Assembly (NCBI GenBank): GCA_026705765.1
Contig: JAPPAB010000168.1
Coordinates: 56-64,055 of the forward strand
Length of the DNA: 64,000 bases
Direction of reading: 5' to 3'
DNA from: Gemmatimonadota bacterium
GTDB lineage: Bacteria > Latescibacterota > UBA2968
In this document: one piece after another, positions 1 to 9,901 of the stretch
Layout: every line of letters begins with the position of its first letter
How positions within the stretch are numbered: the stretch's first letter is position 1
The notes under the pieces: generated by a model
Database searches by the model: none
Seen by the model: only the letters and a program-made list of their open reading frames with translations
Told to the model about the DNA's origin: nothing
Made by a program: the position numbers and the translations under genes

Positions 1-21
1 CAAACCCGCACCTACTTTTTT

Positions 22-1164
22 TTATTTTTTTTGTCTGAAATGCATGCCCGGCAGTTGTTCGACATGGCCCTGGATTTCGAGACTCAAGAGGATGTTGAGG
101 GTCTCTCCAGAAGAGAATTCCACGGCTCTGGCGAGGGCGTCAATATGTACGGAGGGCGCATCTTCAGACAGGTTGGCAAGAGCGTCCCATACGCGTTGTT
201 CCCGTTCAGAGAGAGAGGGTTGCTCAGTGGGTTGAGGGGGGAGTGCTGACTGATGTTCAATTTCGCTCAAGATGTCTTGCGCTGTCTGCACGAGAATGGC
301 CCCCTGGCTGAGAAGGCTATTTGTGCCCTGACTTTTTCCCGAGTAAATCGGACCAGGTACGGCAAAGACATCGCGGTTCTGATCAAGTGCAAATTGGGCG
401 GTGATGAGTGCGCCGCTCTGTTTGCCAGCTTCAACAACGACTGTGCCGAGGCTCAAGCCACTGATGATGCGGTTGCGTCTTGGGAAGTTGTGGGCTTCAG
501 GGCTGGTGCCCAGCGGAAACTCTGAGAAGACCACACCGCGTTTACATATTTGTTGAAATAGGGTGCGATTTTCTGGTGGATAGGGGCAATCGAGGCTGCT
601 GCCAAGCACTGCTGCTGTTGCGCCGTGTTCGAGCGCTCCACGGTGTGCATGGGTATCAATGCCAACGGCCATTCCGCTGACTACTGTTATTCCCGCTCTG
701 GCGAGATCACTTCCCAGGCGATGTGCGGTTTCCCGTCCATAAGGCGTGAAAGAGCGCGAGCCGACAATGCTTATGGTGGGGCTATGGCACAGGCTTATGT
801 CGCCTTTTGCAAAGAGCAGGGGCGGTGGGGCGTAGATCTGGGTTAAAATTTCGGGATAGAGGGGATCGGTGAGTGTGCAGATATGGATGTCGAGGTCTTT
901 TGCGCGTGAAACCTGGTCTCGCGCCCAATTCCAGTCCCGATTGGTAGAGATAGATTGTGCGGTACTGGGACCAATGCCGGGGATTTCGCACAGTGCTCTG
1001 GGAGATTGTAAGAGTATATTTTCCGGCGTTTCAAAATGCTCGAGAAGCGCGCAATAGGCGGCGGGACCCAGGCCCGGTACCGCGTAGAGTACCAGCCAGG
1101 GTATAGCGTGGTCACACATAATGTCTCGTTTGAGGGGTGCGTTTTTAGGGATACATGTAAGCAA
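22..1164 (-). CDS. dprA: DNA processing protein DprA (Smf family)
   Basis: 380-aa ORF with the Rossmann-like DprA core (…GMAVGIDTHAHRGAL… region) and a C-terminal winged-helix-like tail. The true start may be an internal Met 15 codons in. Confidence 0.85.
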   Translation of the reverse strand: MLTCIPKNAPLKRDIMCDHAIPWLVLYAVPGLGPAAYCALLEHFETPENILLQSPRALCEIPGIGPSTAQSISTNRDWNWARDQVSRAKDLDIHICTLTDPLYPEILTQIYAPPPLLFAKGDISLCHSPTISIVGSRSFTPYGRETAHRLGSDLARAGITVVSGMAVGIDTHAHRGALEHGATAAVLGSSLDCPYPPENRTLFQQICKRGVVFSEFPLGTSPEAHNFPRRNRIISGLSLGTVVVEAGKQSGALITAQFALDQNRDVFAVPGPIYSGKSQGTNSLLSQGAILVQTAQDILSEIEHQSALPPQPTEQPSLSEREQRVWDALANLSEDAPSVHIDALARAVEFSSGETLNILLSLEIQGHVEQLPGMHFRQKK

Positions 1165-1174
1165 TATTTATGCC

Positions 1175-1210
1175 AAAAAAAAAGCCCGGTAAATGGGCTT
1201 TTTTTCTTTT
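1175..1210. terminator. Intrinsic terminator: A-run, GCCC/GGGC stem (loop ggtaaat), T-run. Downstream of the minus-strand sulfatase gene
   Basis: aaaaaaaaaGCCCggtaaatGGGCttttttt read directly. The A-run/T-run symmetry allows either orientation. Confidence 0.5.
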
Positions 1211-1275
1211 TTATGTGAATATTTTGTTCACAATGCGGGTGGTTGCTTGAAAGATTTGAAAGGGAAGAGGGGGAT

Positions 1276-2754
1276 TCAGTCTCTTGAATATCCGGGGATA
1301 TTGTAGAGGGGAACCGCCCATCCCGCATCCTGGATTAACAAATTTGCATCCACACTTTTGGGGTCAGCTATTGCGCCAAAGTCTTTCCATTGGTCGCCAT
1401 CTAGAGGTTCGGTATAGTTTTCGTTTTGGAAAAAGCCTATTAGTTTTTCGCGCATTGTTTTTACCTCGGAAGCGTACAGGATATTGTACGCACAGTTGCG
1501 CGTTTCCTCTGCATCTGTGCGGTGATCGAGCAGGTATTCCTTTTGGTCACCGGCTGAATAGATGTATTTCAAGTTGCCGTCATAGGCCATGTACATACCC
1601 CGTTGCCCGCGCTGGATCTGACCGTAAATCATTCGTTCGCGCCCATTGCCTACGAGATCGGCCATGTCCAGACCATCTAAATCTGCGTTGTGATGGGAAA
1701 TGCCTGCTGCGCCCAAAAATGTCGGGATCAGATCCATCAATCCACACGGTGTTTCTTCTACAATACCGCGGGGGAAACGCTCGGGATAGCGCACCAGCAT
1801 GGGGACTCGGGCCGCTGCATCGAGAAAGCTGCGCTTGCCAAAACAGTTGTAATCCCCCAGTAGTTCACCGTGATCCGATGACCAGGCAATGAGGGTGTTG
1901 TCCAGTTCGCCCTGTTGTTCGAGTTCGTCAATGATCCGGCCCACGCTGTAGTCGATGAAAGATATACACGCCCAGTAATACCCGCGCATGACCTGCAACA
2001 TGCGATTGTCCAATCCCGCATCGCGGTATTTGTATCGATTCTGATGGCGATTGAAATGTGTCCACAGATCTTCCATGTCATCGGGGCGTTTGGGAAAGGG
2101 CATTAAGGAACCGCGATAGAGTTTGTTCCAGGGTGTTGGCGGTGAGAAGGGCGGGTGCGGATGGATAAAACTCGACCAGAGGAAGAACGGTTTGGATGTG
2201 TCGCGGTTTTTCAGAAAGTCAATGCTGCGGTCTGCGACCCAGGCCGTTGGATGATGGCGTGCGGGGAGTTGAGAAATTTGCGGGATATAATACATTTCTC
2301 CTCTTGCACCCATTGGGTCATGTACATAGTCATAGCCGTGTGCATGCAAGTATTTTAGATAATCGTTTGTATCAATCGTTCCCGAAATTTCTTCCTGTAC
2401 ATCTCGTGCGTGAAATCCCCGCAGTCCTCCACGATCCCCGGTAAAGTGCATTTTGCCCACTCCGTGACAGAGGTACCCGCCCTGTGAGAGGAGGTCCATT
2501 AGCGATGGACGGTCTGTCGGTTGTCGAAATCCATTGTCAAAGCACCCATTTTTGTGCGGGTATTGGCCGGTAATAAGGGATGCGCGGGCTGACACGCAAA
2601 CGGGCGAGGGCGTGTATCCTTTGGTAAAATTTACTCCTTCATGACACAACCGATCCATCACTGGTGTGCGAATATGCGGATTGCCTGCCGCGTGAATGGT
2701 GTCCCAGCGTTGCTGGTCGGTAAATGCGAATAGAATATTGGGTTGTTTGGGCAT
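1276..2754 (-). CDS. Sulfatase (formylglycine-dependent family) with atypical C-V-S-A-R active-site motif
   Basis: N-terminal 'ILFAFTDQQRWD' metal-binding start and '…SPVCVSARASLITGQYP…' signature region. RBS AGGGAG upstream. Confidence 0.85.
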   Translation of the reverse strand: MPKQPNILFAFTDQQRWDTIHAAGNPHIRTPVMDRLCHEGVNFTKGYTPSPVCVSARASLITGQYPHKNGCFDNGFRQPTDRPSLMDLLSQGGYLCHGVGKMHFTGDRGGLRGFHARDVQEEISGTIDTNDYLKYLHAHGYDYVHDPMGARGEMYYIPQISQLPARHHPTAWVADRSIDFLKNRDTSKPFFLWSSFIHPHPPFSPPTPWNKLYRGSLMPFPKRPDDMEDLWTHFNRHQNRYKYRDAGLDNRMLQVMRGYYWACISFIDYSVGRIIDELEQQGELDNTLIAWSSDHGELLGDYNCFGKRSFLDAAARVPMLVRYPERFPRGIVEETPCGLMDLIPTFLGAAGISHHNADLDGLDMADLVGNGRERMIYGQIQRGQRGMYMAYDGNLKYIYSAGDQKEYLLDHRTDAEETRNCAYNILYASEVKTMREKLIGFFQNENYTEPLDGDQWKDFGAIADPKSVDANLLIQDAGWAVPLYNIPGYSRD

Positions 2755-2774
2755 TTTTCACTCCCTGGAGAATA

Positions 2775-4055
2775 TTAATAACTCGAAGCTTTCATGTAAA
2801 AACACAGCCAGAATCCCACCAAAACGGTTGTGGCTGATAGGGCAAATACACCTTGGAGATGTACGAGGTCTGCGAGTACGCCTCCAAATATGGGATAGAG
2901 CGAACCAATGCCCAGGACGGTGTTGGTGATGCCGATATAGGTTGGGCGACGCTCTGCTGGCGCAATGTCCAGAAGATAACTTTTGAATCCGATAAAGATG
3001 CCTGTTGTCGTTCCGCCTATCAAGAGAAAAATTGGCGAAAAACACGCCGCGATTATCCATTCAGACGCGTGTTGCAACAAACTCGCCTGGTTGCTCAAGA
3101 TCAATGCCATACACGGAATTGAAGCCACGCCCAATACGGCGAACAAGACCACGCGGTGGTTTCCGTAATTGAGCGAGAGTCTTCCCCATATTATATTAAA
3201 AATAGCTGCGCCTATGGTTTGTATGGCCAAAAAAAAGCCGACTGTGCTTTCCGAGATGTAAAATGTCTCCTGGGCGAGTACCACGTAAAACGGGAGCGAG
3301 AATCCGATGCCCGATGCCAGCATTTGAACCAGGAGAAATCGACCGAAGTTGTGATCGCGGCGCAACAATTGAGGAATACCGCGAATCACCTGAATGGCAT
3401 TTCGGTGGGTCGTGCCCATCTCGCCTTCTGGCTCTCGAACCAGACAGAAACACCCGATGCCCAGGCTCATCATCCCTGCACCCAGCGCGAAGATCATGAC
3501 GTAATTTATCGGAAAGTCATAACCGCTATCTGAGTCGAGAAAATACTTGACCAATAGACCTGCGAGAATGCTCAATATGCCGCCGAGAAATGAACGGGAT
3601 GCGTAAAATAATCCCGTGTGCGACCTCGGCAGAGATCTGCCCACAATATCTGTATAGGCATTGCCCGCGGGGCCACCAAAAAGAGAAGCGATGCCGTATA
3701 GGATGAGAAAGCTGCTCAATACCAGACTGGGGCGCTCGAGTCCGTACCACGCGAGCAGTGGCACGATTGCCCAGATCAGCGACATGCGCATGAGGTTGGC
3801 TTGTCTATAAACAGGTAACCGACGCGCACGCCGCTCCAGATATCCCGCCACGAGCAATTGGGGCAAATGCCAACCTGCGCGGTGTAGAGATGCGGCCAGG
3901 CCGACCAGCGTATCTGAGGTTGTAAAATGCCGAATAAAAACGGGTAAGACTGTGGTGGGGTCTAAAAATGCCGTGCCAAATGCGAAGATGCCACCATTTA
4001 ATGTCCCCACAATAAAGTTGAACCGCGCATTGCCCTTTTCAGGTAAGAATCCCAA
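2775..4055 (-). CDS. MFS-type transporter (12 predicted TM segments)
   Basis: 426-aa hydrophobic ORF with two 6-TM halves separated by a charged loop (…REPEGEMGTTHRN…). It lies 20 nt upstream of the sulfatase on the same strand, so a likely operon. Confidence 0.7.
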   Translation of the reverse strand: MGFLPEKGNARFNFIVGTLNGGIFAFGTAFLDPTTVLPVFIRHFTTSDTLVGLAASLHRAGWHLPQLLVAGYLERRARRLPVYRQANLMRMSLIWAIVPLLAWYGLERPSLVLSSFLILYGIASLFGGPAGNAYTDIVGRSLPRSHTGLFYASRSFLGGILSILAGLLVKYFLDSDSGYDFPINYVMIFALGAGMMSLGIGCFCLVREPEGEMGTTHRNAIQVIRGIPQLLRRDHNFGRFLLVQMLASGIGFSLPFYVVLAQETFYISESTVGFFLAIQTIGAAIFNIIWGRLSLNYGNHRVVLFAVLGVASIPCMALILSNQASLLQHASEWIIAACFSPIFLLIGGTTTGIFIGFKSYLLDIAPAERRPTYIGITNTVLGIGSLYPIFGGVLADLVHLQGVFALSATTVLVGFWLCFYMKASSY

Positions 4056-4186
4056 GGAATTGTCCCCACACCCAGTGAACCGCTAAGTAGTTATACGCTG
4101 TTCCACAATATAATGCTTCTTGACAATCGGGAAACTCGTTTCTATATCTTGGTTATAGATTGATTTTTTACGAGGAGAATAATCTC

Positions 4187-4657
4187 ATGTCCAGAATTAT
4201 CTATCTCGCCAGTCCCTACGGTTTTTCGTCTCAACAGAAACAGAAACTTTTGCCCGAGTTTGTTCAGGTGCTCGAGTCTCTCGGCGCAGAAGTGTGGGAA
4301 CCGTTTGGACGCAATAATCAGATTGACAAGGCACAGCCCGGATGGGCGTATCAAATCGGGCAGGCAGATGTGCGCGATGTCAAAGAATCAGACGCGATAT
4401 TTGCCATTGTCAATGGCACGCCGCCCGATGAGGGTGTGATGGTTGAACTCGGGATTGCCATTGCTTTAGGGAAAAAGACCTTTTTGTTTCGAGACGATTT
4501 TCGCCGCTGTACCGATTCAGAAGACTATGCGCTTAATCTTATGCTTTTTACTGGTTTGCCAGAACACGGCTGGGAAGATTATTATTACACTTCTTTGGAT
4601 GAAGTTGTCGATCCGGATAAGGCTCTGGTGCGCTGGCTGAATGGAGCGGTAGATTGA
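4187..4657 (+). CDS. Nucleoside 2-deoxyribosyltransferase family protein (NDT/DNPH1-like)
   Basis: 'IYLASPYGF…' N-terminus and catalytic-Glu block 'DEGVMVELGIAIALGKKTFLF' match the NDT fold signature. GAGGAG RBS 10 nt upstream of the ATG at 4187 (the track's TTG start at 4160 is rejected). Confidence 0.75.
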   Translation: MSRIIYLASPYGFSSQQKQKLLPEFVQVLESLGAEVWEPFGRNNQIDKAQPGWAYQIGQADVRDVKESDAIFAIVNGTPPDEGVMVELGIAIALGKKTFLFRDDFRRCTDSEDYALNLMLFTGLPEHGWEDYYYTSLDEVVDPDKALVRWLNGAVD

Positions 4658-4672
4658 CGATAGATGTGTTCG

Positions 4673-4710
4673 AAAAAAGGGGCGACCTTTTCAGGTTGCC
4701 CCTTTTTGTT
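4673..4710. terminator. Bidirectional intrinsic terminator between convergent genes
   Basis: aaaaaaGGGGCGACCttttcaGGTTGCCCCttttt. A 9-bp GC-rich stem flanked by an A-run and a T-run. Confidence 0.6.
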
Positions 4711-4724
4711 GTATTTGCTGTGTA

Positions 4725-6086
4725 TTACCGCGCAGCCTCTATGGCCTCGGCTTTCATTTTTTCCCTTTCCACATCGTCCTGCCATCGCGCTTGAATATCT
4801 TCGCGCAAACGCCAGAGTGGATCAAAATAAAAGAAAAATGTATCGGGTTTTACTACGGGACTGATATAGACGGCGATTCCGGTTTCCCGGTTGTAATACT
4901 CGTAAGAGTGTGCGTCTCGTTTTCCGCCACCGCCCAATGTATCTACAATAAATGTGGGCATGTTGAACCCGGATGTGGTGCCGCGTATGGCTTTTTCAAT
5001 GGCGAGGCCATCGTCGAGCGTTGTACGCAGGTCTTCAACGCCGCGCACGAGGTCGTGGAAATATACGTAATAGGGTTGTACGTTTAAGTAGCTCAATCGC
5101 TTGACCAGGAGTCTCATTGTCTCGGTGCTGCTATTCACGCCGCTTTGAAGTACTGCCTGGTTGCGTATTGTTATTCCGCGGGACTGCAGCCGATTAAGCC
5201 CGTCCTGGGTAATGCCGGTGATTTCGGCGGGGTGATTAAAATGGGTGTGCAGGACGACTTCTTTGTGCATTTTGCGCCCGCGATCTACCACGCGCGTCAG
5301 CGCATCTACCCAGGCATCATCTGTGACGAGTTTTTGTGGCATGACCGCCGGGCCTTTGGTCGCAAAGCGAAATCGCCGGATGTGGTCGATATCCAGCAGG
5401 CGATTGCCCAATTCTTCGAGTTGATCGGCTTTGAGCTGATACATGTCGCCGCCGCTGACTACGACGTCTTCGATTTCGGGGCGCGATTGAATATACCCAA
5501 TCGCATTGTCCCATCGCTCGCGATTGACCCGCAGATTTACCTTTTCTACATCTTCTGTATCCAGTCCCACGGCATAGCTGCGGGTGCAAAATCGGCAATA
5601 TACAGGACAGGTGTCCAATACGAGGAATAACACGCGGTCTGGATAGCGATGTGTCAATCCATCAACGGGGGCGTCTCCCAATTCATTGAGCGAATCGAGG
5701 TGCAATTCGGGGTGATCGTGCTCTTGCTCGCATCTGAGAGACAAAAATTGTTTGCGAATCGGATCGCGATATGGGTCATCCCAATTGATCAAGCTCGTGA
5801 TATACGGCGAAATCCGCACACTCATGGGCGCGTGTTGCAGGCCCGCTGCGACTTCTTGATAAAAGTCATTGGATACCCGATCCTCGAGTACTCGCATCAA
5901 TTTGCCCACGCTGGTTATTGAATGGCGCATCTGAAAGATGTGCGAGTGAAAGGTGCGCGCGTCTATGTCTGCAAAAGCGGGGATGTGTCGCCAGAATTCG
6001 TCCCGACGCAATTCGCGATGTGCGAGATCCTCGGGATCGACGGGATGTTTTGTGCGAGGGGCATATACTTCTTCGATAACGTCCAT
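4725..6086 (-). CDS. KamA-family radical SAM protein (lysine 2,3-aminomutase-like)
   Basis: CxxxCxxC radical-SAM cluster motif in 'DTCPVYCRFCTR'. Overall KamA-like arrangement with a PLP-binding region. 453 aa. Confidence 0.8.
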   Translation of the reverse strand: MDVIEEVYAPRTKHPVDPEDLAHRELRRDEFWRHIPAFADIDARTFHSHIFQMRHSITSVGKLMRVLEDRVSNDFYQEVAAGLQHAPMSVRISPYITSLINWDDPYRDPIRKQFLSLRCEQEHDHPELHLDSLNELGDAPVDGLTHRYPDRVLFLVLDTCPVYCRFCTRSYAVGLDTEDVEKVNLRVNRERWDNAIGYIQSRPEIEDVVVSGGDMYQLKADQLEELGNRLLDIDHIRRFRFATKGPAVMPQKLVTDDAWVDALTRVVDRGRKMHKEVVLHTHFNHPAEITGITQDGLNRLQSRGITIRNQAVLQSGVNSSTETMRLLVKRLSYLNVQPYYVYFHDLVRGVEDLRTTLDDGLAIEKAIRGTTSGFNMPTFIVDTLGGGGKRDAHSYEYYNRETGIAVYISPVVKPDTFFFYFDPLWRLREDIQARWQDDVEREKMKAEAIEAAR

Positions 6087-6258
6087 CTTTCTGCCTTTTT
6101 ATTGAGATACAAGGTATGGTTACGCCTGTGAGCAGGCTATCTATAATACACCCGCTATGTATCTCTGTCAAGTCTGGGCGCGGACAAAAACCTTGTTCAA
6201 CCTGTTTGTTTATTTTACTTTAAAAACGCTATTGCCATCATTCTGAACGGAATTTTTT

Positions 6259-9000
6259 ATGACAAAACGCGCGTTTGTTCTTCTCATTTTGGGTTTTGCT
6301 GTTTTTGCAGCTTTTGTTGGGCTGAGGCTGCTCTCGGTGGTTTATACCGATTATCTCTGGTTTTCATCACTCGGTTTTCACGACGTATTTATCACCATTA
6401 TACGCACCAAAACCCTCGCCTTTTTCGCATTTGGAAGTGTTTTTGCACTGATTTGCGGTATCAGTATTGTCGCTGCTCGGCGCTATGGACAGCCCACCCG
6501 CGTCATGGCGCTTGAGGTTATTATCGATGGCGCTGTTCCCATACCGCCTGATCACTCTCTCCGACAGCGTTACGCCTGGATTGGGATTGTCGCGCTGTTG
6601 TCCTTTTTTATGGGTGTTGCTGGCACCACGGCCTGGTCAGTTGTTCTAAAATACGTCAATCCCACCTCTTTTGATCTGGCTGATCCCATATTTGGTCACG
6701 ACATCGCATTTTATGTTTTTAGCTTGCCGCTGTACAATTTTCTGCAGGGTTGGCTTATTTCCGCAGTTATTGTGACGGGGATTGCTACGGTTGTTTCCTA
6801 TCATCAGGATAGAGCGCTTCGATACGATGATAAGCGCTGGATTACGACGCCATATGTGCGAGCACACGTTTCGATTCTCGCCGCTATTCTCGCTCTATTA
6901 CTCGCGTGGGGGTATTGGTTAAAAAAATATGAACTGCTCTATTCTTTTCGCAAAGAAGCTTTTTTTGGCGCGGGTTATACAGATCTCAATATCCAGATAT
7001 GGGTTTATTATCTGATGCTTTTGGGGCTGGTTGTTCTCGCGGGGTTGCTCTTTTACAATGTGCGCGTTCGCACATGGAAGATTCCCGGATTTGGCGCGGC
7101 GGGCTATCTCGGCGCGCTCATTGTCGTGAGTTGGTGCATTCCTATTATTTTTGAATTGGTGGTCGTGCGGCCCAATGAATTTGACAGAGAGAAGCCCTAT
7201 ATTCAACATGCCATCAATTACACGCGCAAAGCATATCGTCTGGACAAGATCGAGGAGGTGCCTTTTCCCGGCGAATCCGATCTCACTGCGGACGATATAG
7301 CAAATAATCAGGCTACCATACAAAGTATTCCGCTGTGGGATCGCCGTCCGCTTATGGACACGTATTCGCAGATCCAGGAAATTCGGTCCTATTACAAGTT
7401 TCGAAGTGTCGATGTGGATCGCTATCACATTGACGGCACGTATCGACAGGTGATGCTGGCCGCGCGCGAACTGGCGAGAAATCCGCGCGATTTACCGGGG
7501 GATACATGGGTCAATCGGCATCTTGTGTACACGCATGGATACGGTCTGGTCATGAGTCCGGCCAATGAGATTGCCGCCGAAGGACTGCCGGGTTTTCTGC
7601 TGAAAGATATTCCACCGGTTACATCGAATGGTATTGAGGTTACCCGCCCCGAACTCTACTACGGGGAAGATATGCGCGATTATATCATCGTTCGGACCAA
7701 TACACCCGAATTTGACTATCCCAAAGGCGATGAGAATATATACACGAATTATCAGGGGCGCGGTGGCGTGCTGTTGGACGGATTTTTGACGCGTCTTTTA
7801 TTTTCTATTCGCTTTGTCGATCCATTTATTCTTTTTACCGATGCGATAACGCCTCAAAGTCGCGTTGTTTTTGACCGGCATATCGGCACCCGCTTTGGAG
7901 AAGATGCCCCGCGGCGGTTTGATAAAATCGCCCCGTTTCTCCGTTTTGACAGCGATCCCTATCTCGCCGTGGTTGAAGGCCGGTTGCTCTGGATACAGGA
8001 TGCTTATACTGTCTCCAATATGTTTCCCTATTCGATGCCTTATGGGCGGCCTTATGTGCGAGAAATGAATTATATTCGCAATTCTGTCAAAGTGGTGCTC
8101 GACGCGTATAATGGGAGTGTCACTTTCTATGCCTGGGATACGAGTGATCCTCTCCTCGAGACCTATATGGCGATTTTTCCGCACCTGTTCAAGTCGGCCG
8201 ATGAAATCAGTCCCGCACTTCGCGTACACCTGCGGTATCCGATAGATCTCTTTGATATTCAGGCGACGCTCTACAATACCTATCATATGACCACCCCGAT
8301 TGTGTTCTACAACCGCGAAGATGTGTGGGAGATTCCCACAGAATACTACGGGACAGTTGATCGTCCTATTCGCATGCGTCCGTATTATGTGATGGCGCGT
8401 TTGCCGGGTGAAGACCGCGAAGAATATATTCTCATGTTGCCGGCTACGCCTTCCAGCAAACCCAATATGATCGGCTGGATATTTGCGCGTTGTGACGGAG
8501 AAAATTACGGACGACTTGTGGTCTATAAATTGCCGAAGGAAAAGCTTATTTACGGGCCGATGCTCATTGAACAACGCATCAATCAGGATACCGATATTTC
8601 GCGAGAAATTACCCTGTGGGACCAGCGCGGGTCAGATGTCATACGCGGCAATTTGCTGGTTATTCCCATCCGCAATTCGTTCATTTATGTCGAGCCGCTT
8701 TATTTGCGCGCATCCCAACACGGCATGCCAGAGCTCAAGCGCGTGCTCGCCATTCACGGTGATCGCCTCGCTATGGGCGAAGATCTCAACGATGCTCTCA
8801 ACAGGGTTTTTGCCAAAACAACGGGCACGCGAGTTCGGGATACTAAAAATTTGCCAGAAGATCTCAAAGGACTCGCCCGGCAGGCCTATCGGCAATTTGA
8901 AACGGCGCAAAAGCACTTGCAGGCGGGCGCGTTTTCCGATTATGGCCAAAGTGTTGAGGCACTGCGCCAAACGCTTCGGCGCATGAATGAAAATGAATAA
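6259..9000 (+). CDS. UPF0182-family large membrane protein
   Basis: 913-aa ORF with N-terminal multi-TM region ('…YTDYLWFSSLGF…') followed by large soluble domains. The architecture and N-terminal motifs are typical of UPF0182. Confidence 0.65.
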   Translation: MTKRAFVLLILGFAVFAAFVGLRLLSVVYTDYLWFSSLGFHDVFITIIRTKTLAFFAFGSVFALICGISIVAARRYGQPTRVMALEVIIDGAVPIPPDHSLRQRYAWIGIVALLSFFMGVAGTTAWSVVLKYVNPTSFDLADPIFGHDIAFYVFSLPLYNFLQGWLISAVIVTGIATVVSYHQDRALRYDDKRWITTPYVRAHVSILAAILALLLAWGYWLKKYELLYSFRKEAFFGAGYTDLNIQIWVYYLMLLGLVVLAGLLFYNVRVRTWKIPGFGAAGYLGALIVVSWCIPIIFELVVVRPNEFDREKPYIQHAINYTRKAYRLDKIEEVPFPGESDLTADDIANNQATIQSIPLWDRRPLMDTYSQIQEIRSYYKFRSVDVDRYHIDGTYRQVMLAARELARNPRDLPGDTWVNRHLVYTHGYGLVMSPANEIAAEGLPGFLLKDIPPVTSNGIEVTRPELYYGEDMRDYIIVRTNTPEFDYPKGDENIYTNYQGRGGVLLDGFLTRLLFSIRFVDPFILFTDAITPQSRVVFDRHIGTRFGEDAPRRFDKIAPFLRFDSDPYLAVVEGRLLWIQDAYTVSNMFPYSMPYGRPYVREMNYIRNSVKVVLDAYNGSVTFYAWDTSDPLLETYMAIFPHLFKSADEISPALRVHLRYPIDLFDIQATLYNTYHMTTPIVFYNREDVWEIPTEYYGTVDRPIRMRPYYVMARLPGEDREEYILMLPATPSSKPNMIGWIFARCDGENYGRLVVYKLPKEKLIYGPMLIEQRINQDTDISREITLWDQRGSDVIRGNLLVIPIRNSFIYVEPLYLRASQHGMPELKRVLAIHGDRLAMGEDLNDALNRVFAKTTGTRVRDTKNLPEDLKGLARQAYRQFETAQKHLQAGAFSDYGQSVEALRQTLRRMNENE

Positions 9001-9901
9001 ACAGGTCTCAAAGTGGGCTGGATTGCTCACCGAACAGCGCAATTCCAATAGCACCCATATTGATCGGTGTTCGACAGTGGATGCACTGCGCCTTATCAAT
9101 ACCGAAGATCAAAAAGTAGCGCGTGCTGTTGAGGGTGTGATAGACGATGTTGCCCGTGCTGTCGATTTCGTGGTGTCGGCATTCCAAAAGGGCGGTCGTC
9201 TCTTTTATGTCGGTGCGGGAACCAGCGGTCGCCTCGGCGTTCTCGATGCGTCTGAATGCCCGCCGACTTACGGCTTATCGCCCGATCTCGTTCAGGGGGT
9301 TATCGCGGGCGGTATTCCCGCTTTGACGCGTTCACAAGAAGGCGCAGAAGACCATCCAGAAGACGGCAAAGCAGCACTTAAAGATCTCGGCTGCACGTCC
9401 GATGATGTTGTTATGGGCATTGCGGCGAGTGGGGTGACGCCTTTCGTGCTGGGTGCGCTCGAATACGCGCAATGCATTGGCGCAAAGACTTTGTTTTTTA
9501 CATGCAATCCAGATGTCGCAGAAAAGGCGCGCGCAGATGTCGCGATTGTTCCTGTGGTGGGGCCAGAGGTCATTACCGGTTCGACGCGTATGAAAGCGGG
9601 CACGGCAACCAAACTCGTGCTCAATATGATTACTACAACTGCTATGATCCGCCTGGGCAAAGTCTATGAAAATCTGATGGTTGATCTCACGCCGACCTGC
9701 GAAAAACTCATAGATCGCGCCGAGCGCATTTTGGAGATTGTATCTGATCTGACCCCTGAAGAAAGTCGCCGGGCACTCGACAACGCACAAGGGGATCTCA
9801 AAACGGCGATTGTCATGACAAAACGGGCTGTCTCTATAGAAACAGCCCGTGAATTACTGCGGCAAAACGATGGTGTTATCAATAGGGTTCTGGTGGATTA
9901 A
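8987..9901 (+). CDS. murQ: N-acetylmuramic acid 6-phosphate etherase
   Basis: SIS-domain motifs 'LFYVGAGTSGRLGVLDASECPPTYG' and a C-terminal UBA-like tail. 14-nt overlap with the upstream gene. Confidence 0.9.
   Translation: MKMNKQVSKWAGLLTEQRNSNSTHIDRCSTVDALRLINTEDQKVARAVEGVIDDVARAVDFVVSAFQKGGRLFYVGAGTSGRLGVLDASECPPTYGLSPDLVQGVIAGGIPALTRSQEGAEDHPEDGKAALKDLGCTSDDVVMGIAASGVTPFVLGALEYAQCIGAKTLFFTCNPDVAEKARADVAIVPVVGPEVITGSTRMKAGTATKLVLNMITTTAMIRLGKVYENLMVDLTPTCEKLIDRAERILEIVSDLTPEESRRALDNAQGDLKTAIVMTKRAVSIETARELLRQNDGVINRVLVD

Noticed and set aside
7798-8574. 258-aa ORF antisense to the UPF0182 gene. Similar long antisense ORFs occur at 843-1328, 15152-15658, 16797-17390, 24203-24715, 34583-35323, 55080-55586 and 20694-21278
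   Set aside because: Each lies wholly inside a well-supported, motif-bearing gene on the opposite strand. They have no start-site signals and no recognisable domains. Their composition is Arg/His/Pro-rich, typical of antisense read-through in mid-GC DNA.
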